DNA of 62,987 bases, the filler included, from Lenisia limosa (Eukaryota; Protista; Breviatea): the NCBI GenBank assembly GCA_001655205.1. It is 9 parts of 9 records of this genome, joined end to end, with 100 filler letters (N's around TTAATTAATTAA, not from the genome) between each part and the next. Parts side by side here need not be neighbours in the genome. Positions count along the whole stretch, not along the records: positions 9,364 to 26,951 come from LPNZ01011522.1; positions 27,052 to 38,528 come from LPNZ01007000.1; positions 38,629 to 40,448 come from LPNZ01010668.1; positions 40,549 to 43,413 come from LPNZ01003329.1; 5 more parts are not named here. One strand, 5' to 3'. A program made the translations under genes and the position numbers. Below the pieces are notes generated by a model. That model was not told where the DNA came from. It did no database searches and worked only from the letters and a program-made list of their open reading frames with translations. Below, piece after piece: positions 22,470 to 40,823 of this stretch. Within the stretch, counting starts at the first letter, position 1; every line of letters begins with the position of its first letter.

Positions 22470-25400
22470 TTAGAGCGACTCAGCAACCTTGGTCTGGACT
22501 CCCCCCCAAAACCCCTCAGGGAAACGGTAGTCTTAATCCTTGTTGTTGTTGTTGTTATTTTTATTTTTTTTGTTTTGCTTGTTTGTTTATTACTAATTAT
22601 TAAGGACCATGAGCTCTTTTACGCCTGTCTTCGCGCGACAAAGGTATGATGGGCATGGAAGCGAAGTGGTGAGTGAAGCGATAAACCAGTGTATCTGAGT
22701 AACTCGTTGCAGAAGTCCATAAGTACCAACGGACGGCTTTGGGAGTTTGTGTCCAACATTCCGCAGTCATCGCATCGTCGTTTCCAAAAGGATGAGCTTC
22801 TTGTGGACATTGCAAACGTTGGATGATGTATCGTGTTGTGCTGCCTCTTATTTATTTATTGAACGTTTTCACATTCAAATGATAAGTTCACTCCTTCACT
22901 AATATTACAGCTTCTTTCTGGAGTGGACAGCTGCGATCTAAACTCGGTGCCGAATGATTGTCAAGAGTACATTAGGGATATCCTGATGGAGCGCTCTTCA
23001 CAGCGAAACTCAGAGTGGGCTCGTACTATCTCCTTTTGTTTATTGCCCGTAAACAGGTCTATTTTGCAGTTGTAAGCATTCTATATCAAATAATGAAGAA
23101 ATGCATATAAACTGTACCAACTTGTTTTCACTATTTCACATTATAGTCCCGGTTCCGATATTTCAATTTATGCCGAAGTTGCAGATTCTCTTTGGAGAAA
23201 CCATATATCTGGTATGTCAGATCTATTGTTAGTAATCTACTATAATGTAATATTTTCGTCATATTGACGATGCTCTAATAGAATCTTTTGTTCCATCCAG
23301 TCATAGAGATGGAAGTTTAGTTTAGCCCTTTGACGTCCAGAGCCGAGTGACCATGTGACTCTTTTGGGACTTCGCTGTGTATTCACTGTCATCCTCAATG
23401 ATGCTCTTATGCGCTCGGGTGGGCTACTGTTTCTTTTGATGCTGTCAAATCAGCTTTGACTTGACCCTATATAATGGATTCATGAAGCTTGTTTCTGTAT
23501 TCTCCATTGTCATAGAGCAGAAGCTGATTTTGCCCTCCGGTCCAAGAAAGAGCGAGGAGCCACCAGGAAGAAAGTCGAAAAAGTTGGCTCAGTTTGAGCG
23601 TTTGGGCTGTTCTTGAATCCTGAATTACTCTTCCTCAGATTGTCTCCTTGTTTCTTTTCGACATTTCCACCTCAATTGAGTGCAGCGGATGTCAGAATAA
23701 ACAGCACAAAGTTGAATCCAAGATCAAGCGTTTGTCTTTTTGCCTTTCATGTTGATTGTACTATTTTGTCTTCCATTTCAAAATGTTATTGCTCCTAATT
23801 TTCCAAACACTAGAAACTGTGCATGAGTCGCCTTCGGTTCCAGTCATGCAGAAAACCCTTTGCTCTGCCTTTGGCTTCCATGAAGATGTTCTAACGGCTG
23901 TCAACAGGTGAAGAGGCTGGGGAATAAGATGTTATTATAGTCTTCAATAAACGTACCGACCTATTCGGTATTCCCCTTGACTGTCTGACATCACTTCTCT
24001 AACTGGGAGTAGTGAGTCGTCCATTGATCGTGGAATTGTGCACCGTGAGTTGTCTTTAAGAGAAATCTCGATCGACAAGCACCCCCTCTACAAGTAGGCC
24101 GTCTTGAGGGTGTTCTCNNNNNNNNNNNNNNNNNNNNNNNNNNNNNNNNNNNNNNNNNNNNNNNNNNNNNNNNNNNNNNNNNNNNNNNNNNNNNNNNNNN
24201 NNNNNNNNNNNNNNNNNNNNNNNNNNNNNNNNNNNNNNNNNNNNNNNNNNNNNNNNNNNNNNNNNNNNNNNNNNNNNNNNNNNNNNNNNNNNNNNNNNNN
24301 NNNNNNNNNNATTATGATATTATATAGAAATTCTATATCTAAAATATTCAAAGTACATTCGAAAATAACAGAACATAGGAAGGAGTTGGAACTTGGCGAA
24401 ATAGCACGAATACGCAAGGAGCTCAACACTCCAATGGTGGCCACTAAATATCGGGCTCTTTTAGTTGTGCGTGTATTCCGAGCCGACAGTCTCTTAGGCA
24501 AGCAGAAGTCCGGAAGTTCCAACCCGTATTGCCACGTCACGCTTGGTAGGTTCCTTCCAGGCTATCGGGTCTAATCAATCAGGTGACCAAGTCTTCCGAA
24601 CCCAGATCGTGCCCAACTCTCTCAACCCCGTTTGGAATGTCTGGGGTGTTGTTTTCTTCGCATTTCTGAACCGTTTTGACCGTTTAGGAAGAAATGAGCT
24701 TCAAAGTCAAGTCTCCGGACGCACAACTCAAAATCCAAATATTTGACAGGAGCAAAGCCAACTTCAGAATGTCAAAAGTATGCTCTTCTTTCATTACAAC
24801 CAAATAAATTTCTCCGTAAAGTAAATCCAAATCATATGGCTGATTGGTGCTTTTATACTTTAGATGCTGAAGATGAAGGAAAGAGACGATTTCCTTGGTC
24901 AAAAGAAGATTCGAGTCGGAGACCTGCCGTCCAACACTGAGCAAACGGTGAGCCCTCAACTTTCTAATGTGCCAAACCTGGTACTAAAGAATTCCTCATC
25001 GTACCCCCAGGAATGGTACCAGTTAGAGGTCCGCAGCAAACGCAGCCATGTGTCCGGCCGGATCCTGCTCTCCTTCGTCTACACGCTTGACGATGTGTGT
25101 GGTGTACCTTCATCCCTGTTTTGAACCACATCTTACTCGTCCGTTTTCTTCAGTAGCCATTTCATATTATTACTCTTGTTCGTTTGTGCCATGGTGAAAC
25201 TTCTCACGGACTAGCCCCAAGACCTTGTGGTTCCGGACTTCCATGAGAGCTATCGGCGTCTTGTCTACGGGCTCATGACGGGTGTAGACTTCAGCGCACA
25301 GAGTTCGGGTAGGTTTTTACTAAGAAGATGAGATGCGATGCACAGCAAGCAGGCTGTGTGAAAGGCAAATGCTTGGAGGAATACTATTATACTGTTCATT

Positions 25401-26640
25401 TACAGACAGTGGCAATCTTTCTTTTCATCTTTCTCAGGGCTCAACCCGTCTGTGTGGTGGCTAACTTCGGAATACGCAGCAAGATATGGCATTGGTCAGG
25501 ACTGGCAACTTGTGGGCATGGGTTGGGACTGTCAACTTGTGGGGTTAGTTTAAGACTGGAGATCCTAGGGAAATTATCTCACCTTCTTTTTTAGGCAGTT
25601 CAACTTGAAGCAGTGGCGGCCATTTTGTCTGCGCAGCCCATTGATTTTGCCATAGTTAGAGCCCTCTTACTCCGTGCCTATAAGGTTTGCATTGGCTCCG
25701 TGCCTATAAGGTTTGCATTGGCTCCGTGCCTATAGGGTTTGCATTGACAGGTCAAGTGCCACAAACTGTTCTTTATTTCAGCATGTACAACAATGGCGTT
25801 GGCTTTACATTGATCACTTAGGTTGGCTCTGTGCAGCGCTTTTGCCTGCCTGCTCAGGAGAAGTTTAATTCAGCTCTTAATGCCCTACGTTCAATGGTGA
25901 CTGCCCGCATCCTGGGCTTCAGGGTGGGTTTTAGGGCCATATTACAGCAACATTTCTCATTTCATTTGTCCTACCCGCTGGCGTTGATGATCTTCAGATT
26001 CTGTACCCTGTCACGGTTGCTGCGCCCGCCTTTGTGTCCAGCACGACGGTCCTCCCAACGGTCAAACAGAGGTGGGCGAAATAAAACGAGGGTTTTTTGC
26101 TGTGATGTTAATTTTGTATTCCATGTGCTTGTTCTATCATACTCCAGATGTGTGTTTTTTCTAATCCTGTCAGAACGGTGATGGACTTGCCAAATATGGA
26201 AGAAACGGATTACGCCGATTCCGTTGCAGACTCCCTCGTCACGAGCATCAGGTATGCATGATACTGTCTCAGCGGATGTGTATCCAAGCATCAAAGAACC
26301 GGTTTTTGACGATGATAGGCTATAAAAAAGGAAGTTACTTTTCTGTGCGTTTTCAGCCCACTTGGTTAATATTTCAGCCCTCTCGGTTTGATGATTTAGA
26401 CACTCCCCGTCCCTCTCAAGCTTCAGAGGGTCACCATCGCCCCCAGTTCACTCGCCCTCCCCGATGTCCATGGTGGGTGCAGTATGATGATGTCCACGGT
26501 GGGTGCGGTATGATGATGACGGTTGTGAGGAGAAACCAAGTGTGTTTTGACACAAGCCTCCTTTTGCTGATCCCGCGTTCACCTCCTCAGAGGGAATCCA
26601 TGAGTAGTCCAGGCACCCCTGGCTGCGAACTTGACAGACC
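22470..26640 (+). CDS. UNC-13/BAIAP3-like C2 + MUN-domain vesicle priming protein (3' truncated)
   Basis: C2 exons: LLVVRVFRADSLLGKQKSGSSNPYCHVTLG|DQVFRTQIVPNSLNPVWN|EMSFKV..LKIQIFDR|DDFLGQKKIRVGDL|EWYQLEVRSKRSHVSGRILL. These are followed by WWLTSEYAARYGIG, matching the Munc13 EFAxRYGV segment after C2B. About 350 aa of N-terminal exons from ~22470. Confidence 0.82.
25670..25746 (+). repeat. 3 x 26-bp tandem repeat spanning a splice donor
   Basis: Unit ctccgtgcctataag|gtttgcattgg. Confidence 0.95.
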
Positions 26641-27154
26641 CCCTTCACCCGCCGCCGCCGCCACCATGTCTACTGTGGGTTCTTGTTATTCCCTTCCCTT
26701 TAGCCATGTCTACTCTGGGTTCTTGCTATTCTCTTTTTCCTTTTCGAGGCGGATTCGTATTTCTGATGTGTCCACACAGTTATGTTTTTGGCCAGTTTTT
26801 TTTTATCTGTGTTTTAAAAAATGTTATTGAGTTGACACTTTGAGTGGTTGTGTCCATATTCCTATTTTACCTGCATGTGTGAATATCATATTATTTACTA
26901 CATAGTATCATATGATATGACCCGTTTCATAGGGGAGATTTCATGAGAGTTNNNNNNNNNNNNNNNNNNNNNNNNNNNNNNNNNNNNNNNNNNNNTTAAT
27001 TAATTAANNNNNNNNNNNNNNNNNNNNNNNNNNNNNNNNNNNNNNNNNNNNTATACATCGCTAAGTATTTTAACCATAAAATGTGTTGTCAGTTCCACAA
27101 AAGAGACAAATACGGGTTTCAAAAACATCATAATAATACTAATAAACTAAACAA

Positions 27155-30100
27155 TATCAGAGTCTAAGCGACAATAACAAAGCTGGAATGTTTATACCAG
27201 GGACTATCAGGGCCCAAAACTCACGGAAGCACTTGCCTTGGCCAGGCGCTTGAAGACTTTCAACAGACAGTCTAGAGCATGAGGGGAACGACATTTCGAA
27301 AGTAGAACGCGACACTACATAACTCCCAAAAAAGTTCACTACACATTGTCAAAGTAGGATTATTCTCCATCCAGCCTCCCCCCCCCCACCACGAAGAGGC
27401 TTGCAGCTGATGTTNNNNNNNNNNNNNNNNNNNNNNNNNNNNNNNNNNNNNNNNNNNNNNNNNNNNNNNNNNNNNNNNNGGCTATCGGCTCGACCTGTTG
27501 GGCTTCTCCTGACGTCATATCGAAACATTTGTCTACACGGTGAGGTTAAAAAACATCACTGAGATAAATGTATCACTGTTGGCCATGCAATAATGTATCA
27601 CTGTTGGCCATGCAATAAAGTCACTTTAAAACGTACCGAAGATAATAGGGGAAGAATCCAATTGGCATGATGATGACACATAGGTCTGGAGATGCGACAA
27701 CAGGAGGGCTGGGGGGGGGGGGGNNNNNNNNNNNNNNNNNNNNNNNNNNNNGAGCCTGTGAGATTGCAAAACAACAGTCCCTTAAATATTGTTTTTTTAT
27801 ACAATGCAAAAATATAATGATGTTTTTCAACAAAAGGAGTAACCCTAGACATTTGTCAAGATTTGAGACCACCTACCAGCTACTGGCTCATGAGATGACG
27901 GTTTCTTCTACAAACAATAAGCAGAGGGGACAAATAGGACCATATTCAGCCAAAACAATCACAAACAGAAGCTTCACTCCTCAACACACCTGTGCTAAAG
28001 TAGCAAGGCAATCGTACACGGTTGAACGCATAACCATTGACGACCTAAAGTGGTATATTCATTTTGTTAATGTGAGAGTGATGGATAAGACCTCTTGTAA
28101 GCAATAATATTTCATGACTCACTGTAATATGTTATGAGTATACTGACCCGAAGCGCACCTTGTGAACCTCGACACATAGTTGATGATGTCGGCGGTGATG
28201 GAGTCATTCTGGTCATTCGGCAATTCTAAGTGGTAAAGAAGCCTTGGATTAAAGCAACAGAAAGGGGGNNNNNNNNNNNNNNNNNNNNNNNNNNNNNNNN
28301 NNNNNNNNNNNNNNNNNNNNNAAATGTAAAATAGCCAGGAATACTGCAAAGAATAATTACCAGAAAACACTTTTTTTATTTTTTTATTTGTTTAAACACC
28401 ATCAATACCTTGTGCTAGAATTTCGAAGAGACACTTCATTGCAGCTATTGGGGTTGGAGCATTAGGGAAGAAAAGGGCTTTCCTGAAATTGTGAGACGCT
28501 GGTGTTGATGGTGTCTTGAGGCAAACATGCATAATTAATCAGAATATCATTTTAAAAATGGCAAATTACAAGAAAAGCCCATTGCCATTACTCAACTGTC
28601 CCAGATACGTAAATATGAGATTCTCTTCATCACATTTACACCTAATAATATACTAAACTGTAACATTAAATTTTGATGGACGACCAACCTGAGGACGAGA
28701 ATAAGACGATCTAGGAGTTCTTGGCTCTGTTGGACGAGGGGCACAACGGCAAAGATAAAGGCCTGTGCTGATGTCGGTGGCATGTGCGTGAAGAGGGCAA
28801 TGCTGGATTTGATCTGTGTGGGGGGATAAGATCATTACACGAGATGTTGAAGTTAATTCGTGGGGGACCAGCCTGTCCAGACCTGCTGTGATGAGAGGCA
28901 GATTCTTGGCATGGTAGTGGTCATGAACATCAGAAGGTCAGAGAAGGCTGGCGAAGCAGGGAGGGGAGACACCACGTGGCGCACGACAAGGTCTATGGCC
29001 ATTTTGGCGGTGGCGGTCTTGGTCATGAGGCTTCGGAGGGACTCCTTGCACGTGTTTTGGATCAAGAGAGCTTCTTCGTCTGAGCAGGTTAGAGAGAGAA
29101 AAGGAGTGAAGATTGAAATCGATATTCATAAGTTGCACTGAAAAATCAGTAGACCTATATAGTGAATTTCATGAAAAATGAAATAATTTACACAAAGCCC
29201 TCAAAAACAAAAAATGCTGCAACTCATTTGTAGATTCCATTCCCACAGCCCAGTCACCAGCTTTGCCTGCGGTGTGCTGAATGAGCTGAATCTGAAGCTT
29301 CAGCATCGGTTCAACAGCAATGTCCCATCCTTTGGTCGCGTTGAGCGCGCACGTCTCCATGCTTCGGATCGCCCGACCGGAGGGAACTGGCTTGTGGAGA
29401 GCTGGGGGGGGGGGTAAAATTGGAAAATTCATGAAACAAAAAAAACCCCAAATCAACTCAGTTGGCTGACAACACACAAGGGTTGAGAACAACAAAACAN
29501 NNNNNNNNNNNNNNNNNNNNNNNNNNNNNNNNNNNCTGTCAAGATGATGTTTTGCAAAGAATAGAGCCGTTGCTTACAGTTCACCCAGGGTGACGCATTG
29601 TCAAAGACCACCGACTTGGCCGAGGCAATGACTAGGTTAGCCGCCATGTCCAGACACTTCGCATAGCTGAATGTGTGACGTTGGACGTTGCAGCAAGTTT
29701 TTTACTCTATCTCATGTTTTTGCATTAAAGCTCATGTGACCCATGTATTATGATTGAAACTTTTGTTATCTCAATATTTGATACTCTCAGCAATCTAACA
29801 CTCACCGTCTGACAGTAGATACGGCAAGCAGACAGGCGAACGTGAAGGACGAAATCAGATACGGACCAGCTTTGAGGACTGAGCCAAAACTCTACAGCGT
29901 TACTCAGCAATGTTTACTCAAACATCAAAAAAAGAAGAAGTTAGAATTCACACTTGCTCCACGCCCTGCCAACTTTAGCCAACAAGCTATCAAACGTGGC
30001 TGCTTCTTTCAAGATCAACAAGATCGTTCCCTGCGTCTCCTGCAGTTTAGCCAGACTACAAGGTAAGGTGAAGTTGTTATATACATGTAAGTAGGAACAA

Positions 30101-32179
30101 TAATTGCCTTCTTATTACACAAAACTAAAAAGTGCCCCTCAAAAAAAAACAAGAGTGTACTAATTGATAAGCATTTCATTTCGGGCTAAACTGAGTTCGC
30201 GGGATCATCGCCTACCCCCATACCTCTCAGGGTCAGCGCTATTCTTCTCCTCAAGGGCCACGAGGAAGGCAAACAGGCTGGATAGAACAGGTGCGCGACT
30301 GGCCTGGCGGGAAAGCACCAGTGTTTGGTATATGATGGGCGGCAGGAGGGAAAGCTCAGCACGGTGTAGCTCTCTGATGGACTTACGACAAAGCTCAGTT
30401 ACTTCGGATTTAGTGAGGCACAGGTCCACAAGATTCGTAAGGAGGCCTGCACCTATGGGGGTAAACTTGGGCTAACCACAGGAGTGTGAAAGGTTGGGCT
30501 AGCCACAGGAGAGTGAAATATATATGATTTGGGAGTTCAAGGGTGAATTACATGTCTTCGAAACCATCTTCTCATAGTAGAAATTTGTATGTACAATGGC
30601 CGTAAGTTCTGACACGATTGACTCAAGATAACGCTCAATGTCCGTGTCAGGACTTATCGGCCAGTATACATGTATACTCTACGGTATATGCTAATAACCC
30701 AATCACATGAGCTGAAAACCACACATACAAACGTTGAGGTTCCATGATGGGTTGTTGGTGTTGTGGCAAAGATACTGAACAAAACGACTGGCAAACTGCG
30801 GTCCCGTACATCTGTCGTCACCTGGTTGGGTCAAAAGGACACTTCTCGTTTTCGCATCGGAAATTAATCCATATGTCTAGGCTTCTGACTAAGTGACACA
30901 TTTAAAAGACTTTTTCCCGCAAACACCTATTATTGCCGGACAATACTATAGGTTCCTCGAAAAGGAAAAGGAATGTTATCATATTCATGTACCTGCACTG
31001 TCCAATCAAAAACAAAAAGTACAAAAAAGCTGTTATCGCGTGCTATCCCAAAACGAACCAATTATTGAACATAAGATTTCTGGGGCTGTGCGAATGACGT
31101 TGAAGAGCTGAGGTAGAATCTCAAGAAATGAGGCTGAAATGTAAGGTTGCGGCTTATGTTACCCCCCCCCCCTTTCATTTTGTGGAACAAAAAGTTATAT
31201 TTCCATATTAGTATAGAAGGGAATAAGCAAGTGAAAATAATCAAAGAAAGCCCCCTAACAGTCTTTAGGTCCGTCTGAAGTGACTCGTTGTGCCATCCAC
31301 TCCACAATGTTCACTGCGTTTTGAGGCTTCAAAAGCAGCACCTTTTGAGATAAGCAGGAATACAGAATGGATGATAATATGAGTTGGATTCTAGATTTGC
31401 TTCAGGCTTCTAGCCCATCCGAACCGGTACCCACAGTATCATTGAGAGACATGCTGATGATTTTGCTTGCAGTCTGCGAGGGGATAGAGCCGGTTGACAG
31501 TTTGTCCACCATGTGCTGTACCACAAACTCAAGCTGGTCGCTACTAGGCTTGCCTGGAGCGTGTTAACCATTAGCTACCCTCTTTTGGAAACTAGCATAA
31601 CGAAACACAAACGGAAATGCTGTTTGTGTCGAGATAGCGTGTTACTGTTACAAACGGAAATGATACCGTTTTTTTATGGTTATCTGGCGGGAAAAATGTA
31701 GAGCTATTAATAGTGTATATGGATATAAAACTTTAATAAGGCTGAAAATAAGCTCAAAACTCACTAGGTTAACAATTAGCATTGTCGTTCACTCACAATC
31801 AAAAGAAGTGGTGATGGTTGATGAATGTTATCCACGAAAGGAAGTCAAGGCAACCCACCTTTAACAAGGGCGTTGACAAATATTTCGGGACTAGCTGCAT
31901 TCTGGGAAAGCCCGTATGTGATATCCTGATTGATAACGGTGACAATATAGGATAGAAGATTACCGATTCTGTCAGGCTTCCTACAAGTGTACACAATTCG
32001 GCCAAAAAACTCAACTTTTCACGTGAATTAATCTAAAAGAATCAGCAAACGCCAAATTGAGCGGCACTGTCTACCTCAACTTCCTCAGGGACGAGCTGTG
32101 AAGCTGAACATTGGACCTTTCCTTCGTCCCTTGATATCTGTAGGATTTTGTCGACCACATGGTCTCCTTCCTCTTCCAT
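27155..32179 (-). CDS. FANCI: Fanconi anemia group I protein (N-terminal ~half; 3' truncated by contig end)
   Basis: MEEEGDHVVDKILQIS start. Collinear FANCI motifs: ELSLLPPIIYQTLVLSRQASRAPVLSSLFAF, ETQGTILLIL, ISSFTFACLLAV, KGWDIAVEPMLKL, AVVPLVQQSQELLDRLILVLRKALF, MRSTVYDCL, QQVEPI. Confidence 0.9.
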
Positions 32180-32229
32180 TTTGAACACTATATTTTTTCA
32201 AAAAAATCAACATATCTTGTAATCAAAAG

Positions 32230-38375
<6,146 letters not shown>

Positions 38376-38492
38376 GGAATATTAACGGAAGAGCAATATT
38401 ATCAAAAGATCACGAATATATATAGATAAAGCAATCATTTATGGAGCCGTCATTCTATATAATATACATATCATACTATACATAGTATATAT

Positions 38493-38528
<36 letters not shown>

Positions 38529-38628
38529 NNNNNNNNNNNNNNNNNNNNNNNNNNNNNNNNNNNNNNNNNNNNTTAATTAATTAANNNNNNNNNNNNNNNN
38601 NNNNNNNNNNNNNNNNNNNNNNNNNNNN

Positions 38629-40262
38629 AATGGTAAAGAGCCCGAAACGTTCAGGCAGATGCGACTGTGGAGCTTTAGTAAATGTGCAGACACGACAAAT
38701 ACTCCCCCCCTTTCCTTCATTAAAATTCATTATTATTTCCCGACAACTCCTTTACCCTCCCCTCTCATTAAATATTACTCCCATCTTAATCTTCACCTCT
38801 CGCCCTTATTACAAAACAACCTTCAATTTTCCTCCTCATTATATCATTCAGTGACCGGGATAAGTCTTGACCTCTTTTCCTTGGGAAATCACAAAGCAAA
38901 TCGTTCAAGATTTATTCCGGTCACTGTATATCCCCTTTCCCCCCTACGCCGTTGAAAGGCAGCTGGTTTCTATAGAACCTTGCCGGACCAAAAGCGACTG
39001 AAATATCGACAAGCAACGCCACAGCCCACATCTGAAGGCATGATATATCATTTGTAGTATAGAAAACAAGGTTGTATCCGGCCGAAGCCTTCATGTACAT
39101 GTATATAGAAAAAAGAAATAAAACAAGGTTGGCCGAAGCCCCCCCCCCCNNNNNNNNNNNNNNNNNNNNNNNNNNNNNNNNNNNNNNNNNNNNNNNNNNN
39201 NNNNNNNNNNNNNNNNNNNNNNNNNNNNNNNNNNNNNNNNNNNNNNNNNNNNNNNNNNNNNNNNNNNNNNNNNNNNNNNNNNNNNNNNNNAATTATTTCA
39301 AAAAAAAAAAACAGTTGAAAAAAAGCAAGAGGTATGACAACAGTTTTTTGTACGTTGTCTCCTTTCACAAGCCCAAGTACAATGACTTAACCTAGGGCTT
39401 ACCAGAGAATTGAAGAGATAAAATAGGTCGCAATGTAGAGCACACACAGCTTTCTCCCTTGAGGGAAATGGGCATATACCAGCGAGTACTGGCGGGGGGG
39501 GGGGGGGNNNNNNNNNNNNNNNNNNNNNNNNNNNNNNNNNNNNNNNNNNNNNNNNNNNNNNNNNNNNNNNNNNNNNNNNNNNNNNNNNNNNNNNNNNNNN
39601 NNNNNNNNNNNNNNNNNNNNNNNNNNNNNNNNNNNNNNNNACGAACCGAATAATCTGAAACTCCAAACAAAAAAAAAACAGAAACAACAAAAACGAGCAA
39701 CTAACGTAAAATTAGAAAATGTATATGTACCAAAAACATAAGTCCAAAATCAACCCTGGTGGCTGACAACACACGAGGGTTGAGAGGTAGTGGGGTGAGT
39801 GTAATGTTGATAGGGCTCCACTTCAGTTCAAAAAAAGACTGAATTTCTCGATATTTAGTGTTATTTTTCGAACCGAAGTGAAACCCTAAATATTGCAAAT
39901 CGATTATGTTGCCAAGCAACACATAATATGTATGTTCATCCCTTACTCTTTGAAAGTAACAAGCTCCTCTCTCTCCCCTTTACTGCATTCAAACAACCCC
40001 CTTTAAGGGTCTCAAAAAGACTGAATTTCCCGACAAATCTTCGACCACTTACTAATTCCCTACATAATCACCCCCCCCCCCCACTTTGNNNNNNNNNNNN
40101 NNNNNNNNNNNNNNNNNNNNNNNNNNNNNNNNNNNNNNNNNNNNNNNNNNNNNNNNNNNNNNNNNNNNNNNNNNNNNNNNNNNNNNNNNNNNNNNNNNNN
40201 NNNNNNNNNNNNNCACTGCTGCTGCTCACTAACTGCCACCGATGTGAACGCGATCAGAGCCT
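38629..40262 (-). CDS. LtrA (low-temperature requirement A) family membrane protein, fragment
   Basis: Exons YSLVYAHFPQGRKLCVLYIATYFISSILW and MWAVALLVDISVAFGPARFYRNQLPFNG|SHLPERFGLFTI; HLxERFGLFTII is the LtrA signature. Confidence 0.78.
38849..38926. mobile_element. Small MITE with TIR CAGTGACCGG; partial copy 43243-43295
   Basis: cagtgaccgg...ccggtcactg; internal ttttccttg.gaaatca.aagcaaatcg shared with the 43247 region. Confidence 0.65.
39811..39888. mobile_element. hAT-type MITE copy, internally deleted
   Basis: Same TIRs; TSD aatgttga/aatattgc (6/8). Confidence 0.85.
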
Positions 40263-40567
40263 AGGAAGTAAATTAATACTGGCAAGCAATTATTAATACT
40301 GACAAGCTTAATAGAATAAAAACGTAATAGGAAATGTTGATGCTGTGTTTTTCAATAAGTAGTATCTATATATACTATCTAGCTATATCATATAGTATAA
40401 GATTTATGTACCTATATACCTATGGCTGAGGGGGGGGGGGGAGGTATANNNNNNNNNNNNNNNNNNNNNNNNNNNNNNNNNNNNNNNNNNNNTTAATTAA
40501 TTAANNNNNNNNNNNNNNNNNNNNNNNNNNNNNNNNNNNNNNNNNNNNCAAAGGGGGTGAGGGGGGT

Positions 40568-40695
40568 TAGGCTCCGTGCAATTAATTGAAAAAATAATTG
40601 CAAAATTTGAAGTGAGACATAGTGGAACCAGAACCCACATTAATTTCAAATTTTGTCAATTAATTTCTTCAAATAATTAATTGCACAGAGCCCTT
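40568..40695. mobile_element. MITE with TIR TAGG(G)CTCCGTGCAATTAATT; second copy 42681-42809
   Basis: Inverted ends ctccgtgcaattaatt / aattaattgcacagag; the related copy ends caattaattgcacggaaccta. Confidence 0.7.
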
Positions 40696-40823
40696 CTATC
40701 CAATGTCTCTTATAAGGGTGATGGTGTGTAATATTCATGTAATACAAATAGTATATTATATCAATATATTATATCATATGATGAGTAACCTATGTACCGG
40801 GTAGACCTTAGTAACCTACGTAC

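Noticed and set aside
38990-39030. DVGCG SAM-binding motif on the minus strand
   Set aside because: It is out of frame with the LtrA exon and is followed by a stop.
39908-39920. GTTGCCAAGCAAC, an RFX X-box-like site
   Set aside because: It is a single intronic match on a different contig and is expected by chance.
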